Counted from the first letter of the stretch, positions 50,899-60,140 are shown. The stretch is 64,000 nt of DNA from an uncultured delta proteobacterium (GCA_963848135.1 CAWKCK010000001.1:62001-126000), one strand, 5' to 3'. Program-made: numbers and translations. Notes: generated from the sequence alone by a model not told the origin.

Positions 50899-52278
50899 TC
50901 AACCGCCCCTTTTGATATCGATCGGTGTAATGCCGTGTTTTTTCATCCGTTTCCAGATCGTTACGCGGCTGACGCCCAGGTTGCGGGCGGCTTCCGACTG
51001 GTTGCCGCCGGCTTTCCGGAGGGCATCGAGAAGTTGTTCCTTCTCCTGTTCATCGGCAACACCGCCCCTGATGGCAGCCGGTTCCCGGCATTCACGTTCA
51101 GTGCCTGAAATTTTCGGCGGCAGGTGCTGACGGCCGATCCCGCCTGTCGCGCAGAGCACGAACGCATACTCGACCGCGTTACGAAGCTCGCGCACGTTAC
51201 CGGGCCAACGGTATGTGGTCAGTTTTTCGAGAGCCTCCGGCGACAGCCCTAAAATTTTTTTGCCGGTTTTCTGATTGTTACTGCGAATGAAGCTCTGAAC
51301 GATTATGGGGATGTCTTCTTTGCGGTTCCTCAGCGGCGGACAATTGAGAGGAAAGACGTTAATCCGGAAATAGAGATCTTCCCTGAACGCGCCTTGGTCG
51401 ATCAGTTTCTCTAAATTTTTGTTGGTTGCTGAAATGATGCGGACATCTATTTTTATGGGCGTGTGGTCACCCACCCGCTCAATCTCCTTTTCCTCCAAGA
51501 CCCGTAGCAGTTTTACCTGGGTCACCAGGGGGATGTCTCCGATTTCATCCAGGAAAATCGTACCCCCGTGGGCGGCCTCAAAACGGCCAATTCGGGTACG
51601 TTCCGCGCCGGTGTAAGCACCTCTGGTATGGCCGAAAAGCTCGCTCTCCAGCAGGTTTTCGTTCAGCGCCGCGCAGTTGACCTTTATGAACGGCTCGTTG
51701 CGCCGCTGTCCGGCCTCATGAACGGCACGGGCCACCAGTTCCTTGCCGGTGCCGCTCTCCCCGTGGATCATCACCGGTGATTCGGTCTGGGCAACGTTGT
51801 CGATGAGCTCGTAAAGATCCTGCATGGCCGGGGATCTGCCAAGGATGCCATGGTACCCCTCCTCCATGTGTAGCGTTTTGCGAAGGGTGACGATTTCCTG
51901 CTGCTGGCGGACAATCTGTGACATGTCCGTGAGCGTTTCGATCGCCCCGATGACCCTGCCGTCTTTGTCCTTCAGAATTGTGGCATTCTTGATGATGTTG
52001 ACTGCCCGATGATCCTTGTGCGTGATCAGGCATTTTTTTGCGCGCACATCGCCGCGGGCATAAAGGCCGCACCATTTTTCGGCGGGCCCTTTGCCGAAGA
52101 TTTCACAGCCCGTGCAATCCAGAATACGGCACGATTTTCCGATGAGTTCTTTGGCGCGGTATCCGGTCATCCGCTCAGCGGATGGGTTGACGGCGATGAC
52201 TTTGCCGCTGGGATCGACAACCAGAACGCCGTCCATGAGAGTCTCGAAGATTGTTTTCCAGTGTTTTGAAAGATCCAT
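50899..52278 (-). CDS. Sigma-54-dependent activator (PAS-AAA-HTH)
   Basis: PAS domain with three Cys (CRILDCTGC), GESGTGKE, ESELFGH..GAYTGA, WPGNVREL, Fis-type HTH. Start uncertain (52278-52329). Confidence 0.95.
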   Translation of the reverse strand: MDLSKHWKTIFETLMDGVLVVDPSGKVIAVNPSAERMTGYRAKELIGKSCRILDCTGCEIFGKGPAEKWCGLYARGDVRAKKCLITHKDHRAVNIIKNATILKDKDGRVIGAIETLTDMSQIVRQQQEIVTLRKTLHMEEGYHGILGRSPAMQDLYELIDNVAQTESPVMIHGESGTGKELVARAVHEAGQRRNEPFIKVNCAALNENLLESELFGHTRGAYTGAERTRIGRFEAAHGGTIFLDEIGDIPLVTQVKLLRVLEEKEIERVGDHTPIKIDVRIISATNKNLEKLIDQGAFREDLYFRINVFPLNCPPLRNRKEDIPIIVQSFIRSNNQKTGKKILGLSPEALEKLTTYRWPGNVRELRNAVEYAFVLCATGGIGRQHLPPKISGTERECREPAAIRGGVADEQEKEQLLDALRKAGGNQSEAARNLGVSRVTIWKRMKKHGITPIDIKRGG

Positions 52279-52343
52279 GTCGATTCCGTTTTTTGTAGAC
52301 GATGAGGCGACTTGGTGACGACGGTTCAATGTGTAACTGTTAA

Positions 52344-52359
52344 GTTAACACCTGTTAAC
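52344..52359. promoter_or_regulatory. Candidate upstream activator site 1 (GTTAAC-N4-GTTAAC)
   Basis: GTTAACACCTGTTAAC, the exact reverse complement of 53549-53564. Confidence 0.75.
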
Positions 52360-52445
52360 ATAGTGCCCTGCCGACCTACGTGCAAGGTTTTTCTTTAAAA
52401 TCATTTTTGTATTTATTTTAGGCTGTTATCATTTTGACCAGGATG

Positions 52446-52461
52446 TGGCACGCTTGTTGCT
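52446..52461 (+). promoter_or_regulatory. Sigma-54 -24/-12 promoter 1
   Basis: TGGCACGCTTGTTGCT fits TGGCAC-N5-TTGC. Confidence 0.85.
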
Positions 52462-52529
52462 CAGTTTTCTGAGAGCGTCTCATCATCAGGGCTTGAAGGT
52501 CAGTAACACCACAACAGGATAGGTGGGAA

Positions 52530-52820
52530 ATTATCATACAAAAGGCAGCCATACTCGTCAGCAACGCCGCGCGGTTGCAAGAAGGGCTGCTTGCCGGAAA
52601 ATCACTCACCCTCGATGGCATGCATGTTCAAATCGTGCTGGCCGATTCAACAACGAACCCGGCTGATATCGATATAGACGCCATCTTTGATCAAGGATCC
52701 CGGGAGGCCCTGCGCTTCACCAACCGCATGGATATTGCCGACCGGATTGGTTTTCAACATGCCACGCTCACGCAGATCGCGAGCATTCTCAAAGATGCCG
52801 ATGTGGTCATTCCTTTTTAA
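52530..52820 (+). CDS. DsrE/DsrF-fold small protein; start codon unclear
   Basis: Open frame KAAILVSNAARLQEGL...DADVVIPF. A GTG at 52523 is one base out of frame. Confidence 0.55.
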   Translation: MIIQKAAILVSNAARLQEGLLAGKSLTLDGMHVQIVLADSTTNPADIDIDAIFDQGSREALRFTNRMDIADRIGFQHATLTQIASILKDADVVIPF

Positions 52821-52829
52821 AAGATGAAC

Positions 52830-52989
52830 GTAAGCATTCACAGGGCACCGCATCTGCTTTGTTGTCGGACACTTGAAGTACAAGAAATTACGTCTGCGCA
52901 CCCGACGCCTTGCATCTGCGTCACCCTGTAAATGCTTACAAATAGGTGACTTGATGCACATTGGACGTTGCAACCCTGAGAGCGGCTAC
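52830..52989. mobile_element. MITE (IS66-like ends), copy 1, with 8-bp target duplication AGATGAAC
   Basis: Ends GTAAGCATTCACAGGG and CCCTGAGAGCGGCTAC. AGATGAAC at 52822-52829 and 52990-52997. Second copy at 60819. Confidence 0.85.
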
Positions 52990-52991
52990 AG

Positions 52992-53180
52992 ATGAACAAG
53001 CTTTTACATATTCTGAGATCGGAACCGAGCGATACCGTTCGGGAGCTCATCGAGGCCATGTCCGGGGACGAGGGGGTCACTGTTGCCGTATTGTATCCGG
53101 ATGATATCGCTCGGGCCCCGATTAACTGGCAGCGTCTGGTCGACGATATATTTGCCAGCGAAAAAGTTATCTGTTGGTAA
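52992..53180 (+). CDS. DsrH/TusB-like small protein
   Basis: MNKLLHILRSEP...INWQRLVDDIFASEKVICW; size and C-terminus resemble DsrH-like proteins. Confidence 0.6.
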   Translation: MNKLLHILRSEPSDTVRELIEAMSGDEGVTVAVLYPDDIARAPINWQRLVDDIFASEKVICW

Positions 53181-53232
53181 TCGAACTGGTTACGCAATCC
53201 GCTCGTATGTCATTTATACTGCAAAAAATATT

Positions 53233-53529
53233 ATGGAAAAACTCGGGATTCTGATTAATTCTACCGCCCACGTCCAAGCGGCCATTCAGCTGGCCTGTGC
53301 GGCCAGGGAAACGGGCAAGACCGTCGAGATTTTTCTGGCTGCCCGAGGGGTTCGAATCCTGGAAAACATGAATGTCAGCCATCTTTCCACGATTGGCCCG
53401 GTGTGGGTCTGTTCAGCCAGTTTCGAGGCCCTGGGGACCGGCCACGCGCTGCCGCTGGCGTGTCGCCTGGTGCCACCGGAAAATTTGGCGGAATTTCTCC
53501 GTTCGTGTGACCGTCACGTGGTCTTTTAA
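53233..53529 (+). CDS. DsrE/TusD-like protein
   Basis: MEKLGILI, AARETGKTVEIFL...GVRIL, Cys in VWVCSAS, C-terminal DRHVVF. Confidence 0.7.
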   Translation: MEKLGILINSTAHVQAAIQLACAARETGKTVEIFLAARGVRILENMNVSHLSTIGPVWVCSASFEALGTGHALPLACRLVPPENLAEFLRSCDRHVVF

Positions 53530-53548
53530 CCTGGGATGAAATTAACAA

Positions 53549-53564
53549 GTTAACAGGTGTTAAC
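53549..53564. promoter_or_regulatory. Candidate upstream activator site 2
   Basis: GTTAACAGGTGTTAAC, about 90 bp before promoter 2. Confidence 0.75.
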
Positions 53565-53652
53565 ACTCCCGGCGGCAATGCCGGGCGAGCAGAAATTGAA
53601 TAAAACATATTGTTTCAGGTTGTTAGGAAAGAATGAGACGCGTTCGCCATTA

Positions 53653-53668
53653 TGGCACATGGGTTGCA
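53653..53668 (+). promoter_or_regulatory. Sigma-54 -24/-12 promoter 2
   Basis: TGGCACATGGGTTGCA fits TGGCAC-N5-TTGC. Confidence 0.85.
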
Positions 53669-53769
53669 CTACATACCGAAACATATACAAAGATCGCTGT
53701 CCGCCGCGACAGCCCGGAATGTTAATAGCTCATAGAATAAAGCACCCAATAAGAAAGGAGTTCGTAACA

Positions 53770-54111
53770 ATGAAGAGGATGTTGATGTTTTTTCTGGCCG
53801 CCGTTATTTCAGTCAGTTTTGTCGGTGCCGCCGTGGCGATCGAGCAGGGCAATAAGCGCAAAGGAAAGTATATCTACCGCAAGGTCTACAAGGCCTGTAA
53901 CGAGCGTGGTGAGGTCGATACGCCCAAGCCGCCCTTGAACCCGGATGCCAAGACCCAGGCCCAGTGGACCCAGGTGTTCGAGCAAGGAAAATTCGACGAA
54001 TTCGGTTGTAAACAGGAATGGGACCAGCTCTCCGAAGAAGATAAATCAAATATTTATACCTATCTATACGCGCATGCCTCCGATTCCCCGACACCTTTGA
54101 AATGCAAGTAA
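53770..54111 (+). CDS. Exported cytochrome-c-like small protein without a CxxCH motif
   Basis: AAGGAG RBS, signal peptide, GNKRKGKYIY class-I cytochrome-like start, YKACN where CxxCH is expected, C-terminal PLKCK. Confidence 0.7.
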   Translation: MKRMLMFFLAAVISVSFVGAAVAIEQGNKRKGKYIYRKVYKACNERGEVDTPKPPLNPDAKTQAQWTQVFEQGKFDEFGCKQEWDQLSEEDKSNIYTYLYAHASDSPTPLKCK

Positions 54112-54180
54112 AGGCATGTAGCAACTTTAGCCAAATGGATTCTGCGCCAACCGAAACCTAACCCAATAAATGGAGGAAGC

Positions 54181-55319
54181 ATGAAAGTCCGTAAACCGAA
54201 TTTACTGATTGTATTGACGAGCCTGGTTCTGGCAGCCGCGCTGGTTGGTTGCTCATCCACACCGAAGGCCGAACCGCAAGCGGCAGCGGCGCCGCAGTTC
54301 GAGAAATACCATGACATCGTCGACGTGAAATTTGTGATGGACTACGTCACCGTGCCGATGGCTGAGGATGTGATGATCATCGATGCCCGTCCCAAGCGGG
54401 CCAAATACGATAAGGGCCACATTCCGGGCGCTGTGAGCATTCCTGACAGCCAATTCGACAAAATGGTTGACCAACTGCCCGCAAACAAAGATGCTTTGCT
54501 GATTTACTACTGCGGCGGCCTGAAATGCCCCTTGAGCCACAAGTCCGCTTTCAAGGCCGAGAAACTGGGTTACACCAACGTTAAAGTATTTGCCGAAGGC
54601 TTTCCGAAATATATGAAAGTTGCCGGCAATTACCCTGCCGTTTCCGTCGAGTGGGTCAAAGCCGAATTGGACAAGGGTGCAGACATCGTCGTAATCGATG
54701 CCCGCCCGAAAAAAAAGAAGTACGACAAGGGTCACATTCCGGGCGCCATCAGCATTCCGGACAGCCAGTTCGCGAAATACACGGATCAGCTGCCGGCTGA
54801 CAAAAGCAAAACCCTGGTGTTCTACTGCGGCGGTTTTAAATGCCCGCTGAGTCACAAATCCGCTAAAAAAGCGCTCGAAATGGGGTACACAAGCGTAAAA
54901 GTATTCGATGCCGGGTATCCCGGCCTGGGTGGCGTATGCCGGCAAGGACAGCACGGTTAAGGCCACCGCCATCAAATCCGGCGGCGAGGAAGGCAGCATC
55001 GACAACGACCTGTTCACCAAGATCGTCAAAGAGGACCCCTCCAGCATCTACATCATTGACGTCAGGGACCCGGCCGAGTTTGCCACCGGCAGCTTTAAGA
55101 CCGCCAAAGAATATTCCGGTGGATCAACTCGAAGCCAAAATACCGAGTCTGCCCGCCACCAAGCCGATTGTGTTTGTTTGCGGAACAGGCGCGCGAAGTG
55201 GTGAAGCCTACTACATGGTTCAAGACGTCAGGCCGGAACTGAAGGAAGTCTACTACGTGGAAGCGGAGATTGCCTTCAGTAAGGACGGATCCTTCAAACT
55301 GACCAAGATCGCGCAGTAA
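54181..55319 (+). CDS. Triple-rhodanese-domain lipoprotein (apparent +1 frameshifts near 54920 and 55107)
   Basis: Lipobox LVGC. Two similar domains IDARP...GHIPGA...YCGGxKCPLSHK, and a third IDVRD...FVCGTGAR. Three ORF pieces join to about 378 aa. Confidence 0.88.
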
Positions 55320-55338
55320 TTTTGTAGAATCAACCAAC

Positions 55339-55374
55339 CGTGCGGCCGAATTGCCGGCCGCACGAATTCTTTTT
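55339..55374 (+). terminator. Intra-operon hairpin with T-rich tail
   Basis: CGTGCGGCCG-AATTGC-CGGCCGCACG followed by AATTCTTTTT. Confidence 0.6.
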
Positions 55375-55404
55375 ACTTTCGGAAGAAACCCCCGGGAGAG
55401 TCTG

Positions 55405-57036
55405 ATGAAATCTGCGAAATACGTTTACTTCACCCTCACACTCTGCAGCCTGCTGTCGTTGCTGGTCGTCGGGCCGTCATTTGTTACTGCCGGGGAAGAG
55501 GAAACCGAAAATGCCCCCGGTCGGGTGATGGCCCGTCAAGCCACCAAGGAGAAACAACTGTGGATCACGGCCGATCATTCCAAGCATGAGGCCTTGAAGA
55601 AGACCTTTGCCAGTGGACCGGAAATTACCAAGGCATGCCTGTCCTGCCATTCCGAAGCCGAAGCACAATTTCACAAAACCATTCATTGGAAGTGGATGGT
55701 ACCGGGGACTGAAGACAGTGATCAGGTTGGCAAGGCCGGTTATTCGCTAAACAATTTCTGCATATCCACCAACAAAAACGCGGACAACAGCTGCCTGGCC
55801 TGCCACCCGGGCTGGGGTACGTCCACCGAGGCCATCAATTGCCTGGTCTGCCACGGTCAGCAAACCATCAATTGGGACGAGGCCTTTGAGGACATGCAGT
55901 TCTTTATGAGTGAGGCCGAAGAGGACGAGGAGTCCAAAGAGATGGCCGAGGACCTCCAGACCCAGATTCAGAGCGCCGTTCAGGCCGTGGGGCGACCCAC
56001 TCGCAAGAATTGTGGCTCCTGTCATTTTTACGGCGGGGGGGGTGACGGTGTGAAGCACGGCGATTTGGATTCGTCGTTGACCAAACCCAACAAAGCCTTG
56101 GATGTGCATATGGGTGTCGATGGCCAGAACTTTGACTGCGTTCGCTGCCATACCACCCAGCTCCATAACATTGCCGGGCGGATGTACACGGCGCCGGCCT
56201 ATACCGAGCGCAAGAGTTTGATCGAGGACGACCTGACCGCTAAGATTACCTGTGAATCCTGTCACAGCGCGACACCGCATGAAAGCGGGCACAAAGCCAA
56301 TGATCACACTGACAAGGTGGCCTGTCAAACCTGCCACATCCCAACCCTTGCCCGGGTAAATCCGACCAAGATGTCCTGGGACTGGTCCCAGGCCGGTAAG
56401 AAAAAAGACGGTAAACCATACAAAACCAAGGACGAATTCGGAAAATATGACTACATGTCCATCAAGGGTCAAATGAAATGGGCCAAGAACGTTCAGCCTG
56501 AGTATTTCTGGTTCAACGGGTCGATTGCTTCGAGGTCCACCAGGGATACCATCGATCCCAGCCAGGCGGTAGCCGTCAGTGAGCCGGCCGGCAACCGGCA
56601 AGACCCGAACGCCCGTATTTTCCCCTTTAAAATACACCGCGGTGTACAGCCGTATGACAAGGTGCATAAAACACTGCTGGCACCCCTTCTTTCCGGTGAT
56701 GACGGCTACTGGAAAACACTCGACTGGGACCGGGCCCTGACCAAGGGGCAGGAATCTCTCGGTCTGCCGTTTTCCGGGGAGTTTGATTTCGTTGAGACCA
56801 CATACGTGTTTCCATCTACCCACATGGTGGCGCCCAAAGACACCGTGGTTTCTTGCAGTGAGTGCCACGTCGGCGAGGGCGGCCGAATGGAAAAACTGAC
56901 CGGTTTTTATATGCCGGGCAGGGACAAGTGGCGGCTTATCGATACCATGGGTTGGGTACTGGTACTCGGATCGCTTCTGGGTGTCGTCCTGCACGGATTG
57001 GGCCGCGTGTTCACCAACGGCAGGAAGGAGAAATAG
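55405..57036 (+). CDS. Octaheme tetrathionate reductase (Otr)-family cytochrome c with C-terminal membrane anchor
   Basis: TADHSK, eight CxxCH motifs, NNFC, GGGGDGVKHGDLDSSL, PTKMSWDWS, C-terminal TM helix. Confidence 0.9.
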   Translation: MKSAKYVYFTLTLCSLLSLLVVGPSFVTAGEEETENAPGRVMARQATKEKQLWITADHSKHEALKKTFASGPEITKACLSCHSEAEAQFHKTIHWKWMVPGTEDSDQVGKAGYSLNNFCISTNKNADNSCLACHPGWGTSTEAINCLVCHGQQTINWDEAFEDMQFFMSEAEEDEESKEMAEDLQTQIQSAVQAVGRPTRKNCGSCHFYGGGGDGVKHGDLDSSLTKPNKALDVHMGVDGQNFDCVRCHTTQLHNIAGRMYTAPAYTERKSLIEDDLTAKITCESCHSATPHESGHKANDHTDKVACQTCHIPTLARVNPTKMSWDWSQAGKKKDGKPYKTKDEFGKYDYMSIKGQMKWAKNVQPEYFWFNGSIASRSTRDTIDPSQAVAVSEPAGNRQDPNARIFPFKIHRGVQPYDKVHKTLLAPLLSGDDGYWKTLDWDRALTKGQESLGLPFSGEFDFVETTYVFPSTHMVAPKDTVVSCSECHVGEGGRMEKLTGFYMPGRDKWRLIDTMGWVLVLGSLLGVVLHGLGRVFTNGRKEK

Positions 57037-57038
57037 CC

Positions 57039-57713
57039 ATGGAACGCAAGAGAATGGTCAACATATATCTTTACACCCGTTATGAGCGTTTCTGGCACTG
57101 GCTGCAGAGCGCGATCATCATTCTGTTGTTGATCACCGGTTTTGAAGTTCACAGCAGCTTCAGCCTCATGGGTTTTCGATCTGCTGTGAATATTCACAAC
57201 TATGTCGGACTTGGGTGGCTGATCCTTTTCGCGTTTTTCGTTTTCTGGGTCTTGACCACCGGCGAGTGGCGTCAGTACGTTCCCACCACCCGTAAGATGC
57301 TCCTGGTGGTCCGTTACTATAGCTACGGGATTTTCCGCGGTGAACCGCACCCGGTTCCCAAGCGCAAAGAGGCCAAGCACAACCCCCTGCAGCGATTGGT
57401 CTATCTGTCTCTGGCGGCCCTGCTGCTGCCGATTCAGATGGTTTCCGGCTTTCTCTACTGGAGCTACAATTCCTGGCAGGGTTGGGGGCTGGATTGGTTG
57501 TCGCTGCAAGTCGTCGCGATGGTTCACATGGCTGGGGCATTCGCCATTCTTTCCTTTCTTGTCGTACACCTCTATATGATTACCACCGGGCACACGATTT
57601 CCGCCCACACCCGGGCCATGATCACCGGCTGGGAAGAAGTGGGTGAGGACACACAAATTGAGGACTGGGAACAAAAGGTCCGCAAGGGCACGGAACCGCA
57701 GCCGGCCAATTGA
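57039..57713 (+). CDS. Di-heme cytochrome b membrane subunit (PhsC/FdnI/HyaC-like)
   Basis: ERFWHW, IHNY, HNPLQRL, VHM...VHLY; four TM segments. Confidence 0.9.
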   Translation: MERKRMVNIYLYTRYERFWHWLQSAIIILLLITGFEVHSSFSLMGFRSAVNIHNYVGLGWLILFAFFVFWVLTTGEWRQYVPTTRKMLLVVRYYSYGIFRGEPHPVPKRKEAKHNPLQRLVYLSLAALLLPIQMVSGFLYWSYNSWQGWGLDWLSLQVVAMVHMAGAFAILSFLVVHLYMITTGHTISAHTRAMITGWEEVGEDTQIEDWEQKVRKGTEPQPAN

Positions 57714-57796
57714 TTATATAGCGATTTGGTAAATTTCGTTCGGCTCGAGATAAAGTTTAATATTATTTATGGGCTATTCGTAAATTTTAGAGTTTG

Positions 57797-57888
57797 GAAT
57801 GCGGAATTTGGATTTAAGGAATTCTGTCTGATTTATTAAGGAAAGAGCGAAGCGATACCGCGAATCCAAAATCCAAAATCCAAAATCA
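57797..57888. repeat. Degenerate short tandem repeats in inverted arrangement
   Basis: TTTGGAATGCGGAATTTGGATTT ... AATCCAAAATCCAAAATCCAAAATC. Confidence 0.55.
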
Positions 57889-57989
57889 AGGATATGCTGT
57901 GGGTAACGGAATATTATTCTGATACCCATTATACAAAGGCGGTATCGACAGCCGATCTCGCTGTCGTATTTTCTGATCCGCACCTCCTG

Positions 57990-58023
57990 AAACAGCCCCG
58001 GGCGATTCCGCCGGGGCTGTTTT
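57990..58023. terminator. Hairpin terminator downstream of the otr operon
   Basis: AAACAGCCCCGG ... CCGGGGCTGTTTT. Confidence 0.8.
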
Positions 58024-58278
58024 AATTTTATAACCGCTTTTCCCTCGCAAGAAATGCTGTTTTCAATTTTATACCAGAGTATTGATTACCGGCTGTGAAT
58101 ACGGTATGAATCGAAATCCCGTATAATGACAGCAGAATGCTGATAAAACGCACCCAACCGACCTTTCGAGGGAATCGTGGACGGAATCGTTCAAATGAAT
58201 AGCCGCATACGACAGGGAGAGGGCCGCGTGGATCTAAGTTCAACTTTGATGAATGTTTTATGAAGAGGAGGCTACCCG

Positions 58279-58740
58279 ATGAACTTTGAATCGATCGAGG
58301 AGATTCTGGAATTCGCCATTGAAAAGGAAAAAGAAGCGGCGGCTTTCTACGATGAAGTGGCCCAGCAGGAAGCTTTCAGCGGGACCAAGAAAACTTTCCA
58401 GGAATTTGCGGCCGAGGAGCGCAAACACCAGGCCATGCTGGAAGACTTCGAAGGCAACAAGTTGAAGATTAAAACTTACACGCTCAAGTGGGTTCCGGAT
58501 ATGAAGCGCAGTGATTACATGGTGGAGATGAAGTATGAAAAGGGGATGCACTATGCGGATATCGTCCGCCTGGCCATGAAGCGCGAAGAGGCGGCCCTGG
58601 CCCTTTACAACGAGATGCAAAGAAAGACCGACAAAGAGGAGTACATCCGGCTGTTTAAGATTCTGGCCCAGGAAGAAGCCAAGCACAAGCAGTATTTGGA
58701 AACCATATATGACGACTTCATGGCCGAGCAAGGGGATTAG
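58279..58740 (+). CDS. Rubrerythrin/ferritin-like diiron protein
   Basis: AIEKEKEAAAFY, EERKH, AMKREE, EEAKH. Confidence 0.9.
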   Translation: MNFESIEEILEFAIEKEKEAAAFYDEVAQQEAFSGTKKTFQEFAAEERKHQAMLEDFEGNKLKIKTYTLKWVPDMKRSDYMVEMKYEKGMHYADIVRLAMKREEAALALYNEMQRKTDKEEYIRLFKILAQEEAKHKQYLETIYDDFMAEQGD

Positions 58741-58763
58741 GCCGAAAAATACGACTCACCGAC

Positions 58764-60140
58764 ATGCAAAACTCAGGAGGGATATCTCCGATAGGTGATC
58801 TCAAGGTGTTCCAGCTGCGCTACCCCTTGATGGTGCTCATTGTTGGTGCGGCCGCCCTGTTTTTGGCAGGGGCCATGTCGATCCCTTTCTTCTTTGAATC
58901 ACCTTCCCTGTGGTACAAGTTCGGCTTTGCCAAAGTCCTGTTGCGGAGCGGTAAAGTATTCGGCATGGCTGCCGCGACACTGCTTTTTTTCCAAATGATC
59001 CTGGTTGGCCGCCTTAAGGTGTTGGACCGGGTCTTTTCACTACCCGGTTTGGTCCGCACCCACCGAATTAACGCCATCGCCATCCTTCTGCTGGCATTGT
59101 TACACCCCCTATTCGTTCTGACTTCAGAGAACAAATTGACCATCCCACTGGAGATACGTTACTGGCCGGAGTGGGTCGGCGTTAGCCTACTGGTTGTCAT
59201 CGTTATCCAATTCTCGTCGAGCCAATGGCGTAATGCCTTGCGAATTAATTATCATCGCTGGCTTTTACTGCATCGTTGCGTCGGCGTCTTGATCATTTGT
59301 CTCGTGACCCTTCACATCCTGTTTGTCAGTGAAACCTTTTCCGAAAAGGGTTTTCCCCGTGACGCGGTTATCCTATCGGCTGTTCTTCTCGTTTTATTGT
59401 GGCTGTGGATCCGTTCAGGCTGGCTGCGCGCAAGAAAAAGGCCTTTTAGCGTGACCCGGGTTGCACCCGAGGGCATTAGCAGCGTCAATATCGAACTGAG
59501 CCCGGTTGATAAACGGCCGTTTCGATATGTTCCGGGCCAGTTCGTCATCGTGTCCTTTCAGTCAAAGCACATTTCCCCAGAGCCGCACCCATTTACGCTT
59601 TCATCGACACCAACCCGTCCGGAAAACCTGCAGTTGACCGTGCGGACCAATGGAGATTGGACCCGACACGTCGCCCGGATTGCCGTGGGGGAACGGGTCT
59701 ATGTTCAAGGCCCGTTCGGACGGTTCAGCCATGTGTTTACCGATCCGGCACGCGAGATCATCATGATCGCCGGCGGTATCGGTATCACCCCCATGTTGAG
59801 TATGATGCGCTTCATGGCCGATCGGCAGGATCAGCGTGTCATAACCCTGATCTGGAGCAATCGATCCCGGGAACATATGGTCTACCCGGACGAACTGAAC
59901 GAATTGGGGGAGAATTTGACAGGATTTCGATCAGAACTTATTTTTACCGGTAATTCAGATGAGTGGCTTTCCAGCGAGGGCCTGAATCTGGACAAACTGC
60001 AATCGATGCTTCAAGGATTCAGCCGCCATGCATCAGTCTTCGTGTGCGGCCCGGAACAAATGATGAAACAGATTAAAAGCGACCTAAAGCGAATCGGTTT
60101 CGAACCTCGCTCGATCCGCACGGAAACTTTCGGCTTCTGA
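58764..60140 (+). CDS. Ferric-reductase-like membrane domain fused to FAD/NAD(P)-binding FNR domain
   Basis: TM helices with His residues; HPFTLSS, GPFG, AGGIGITP, VCGP, ETF. Confidence 0.88.
   Translation: MQNSGGISPIGDLKVFQLRYPLMVLIVGAAALFLAGAMSIPFFFESPSLWYKFGFAKVLLRSGKVFGMAAATLLFFQMILVGRLKVLDRVFSLPGLVRTHRINAIAILLLALLHPLFVLTSENKLTIPLEIRYWPEWVGVSLLVVIVIQFSSSQWRNALRINYHRWLLLHRCVGVLIICLVTLHILFVSETFSEKGFPRDAVILSAVLLVLLWLWIRSGWLRARKRPFSVTRVAPEGISSVNIELSPVDKRPFRYVPGQFVIVSFQSKHISPEPHPFTLSSTPTRPENLQLTVRTNGDWTRHVARIAVGERVYVQGPFGRFSHVFTDPAREIIMIAGGIGITPMLSMMRFMADRQDQRVITLIWSNRSREHMVYPDELNELGENLTGFRSELIFTGNSDEWLSSEGLNLDKLQSMLQGFSRHASVFVCGPEQMMKQIKSDLKRIGFEPRSIRTETFGF

Noticed and set aside
52647..52973. 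ORFs overlapping the MITE copies (also 60771-61005)
   Set aside because: They are translations of the non-coding repeat element.
57774..57983. 69-aa ORF containing LDFGFWILD
   Set aside because: Produced by the short tandem repeats; not a credible protein.
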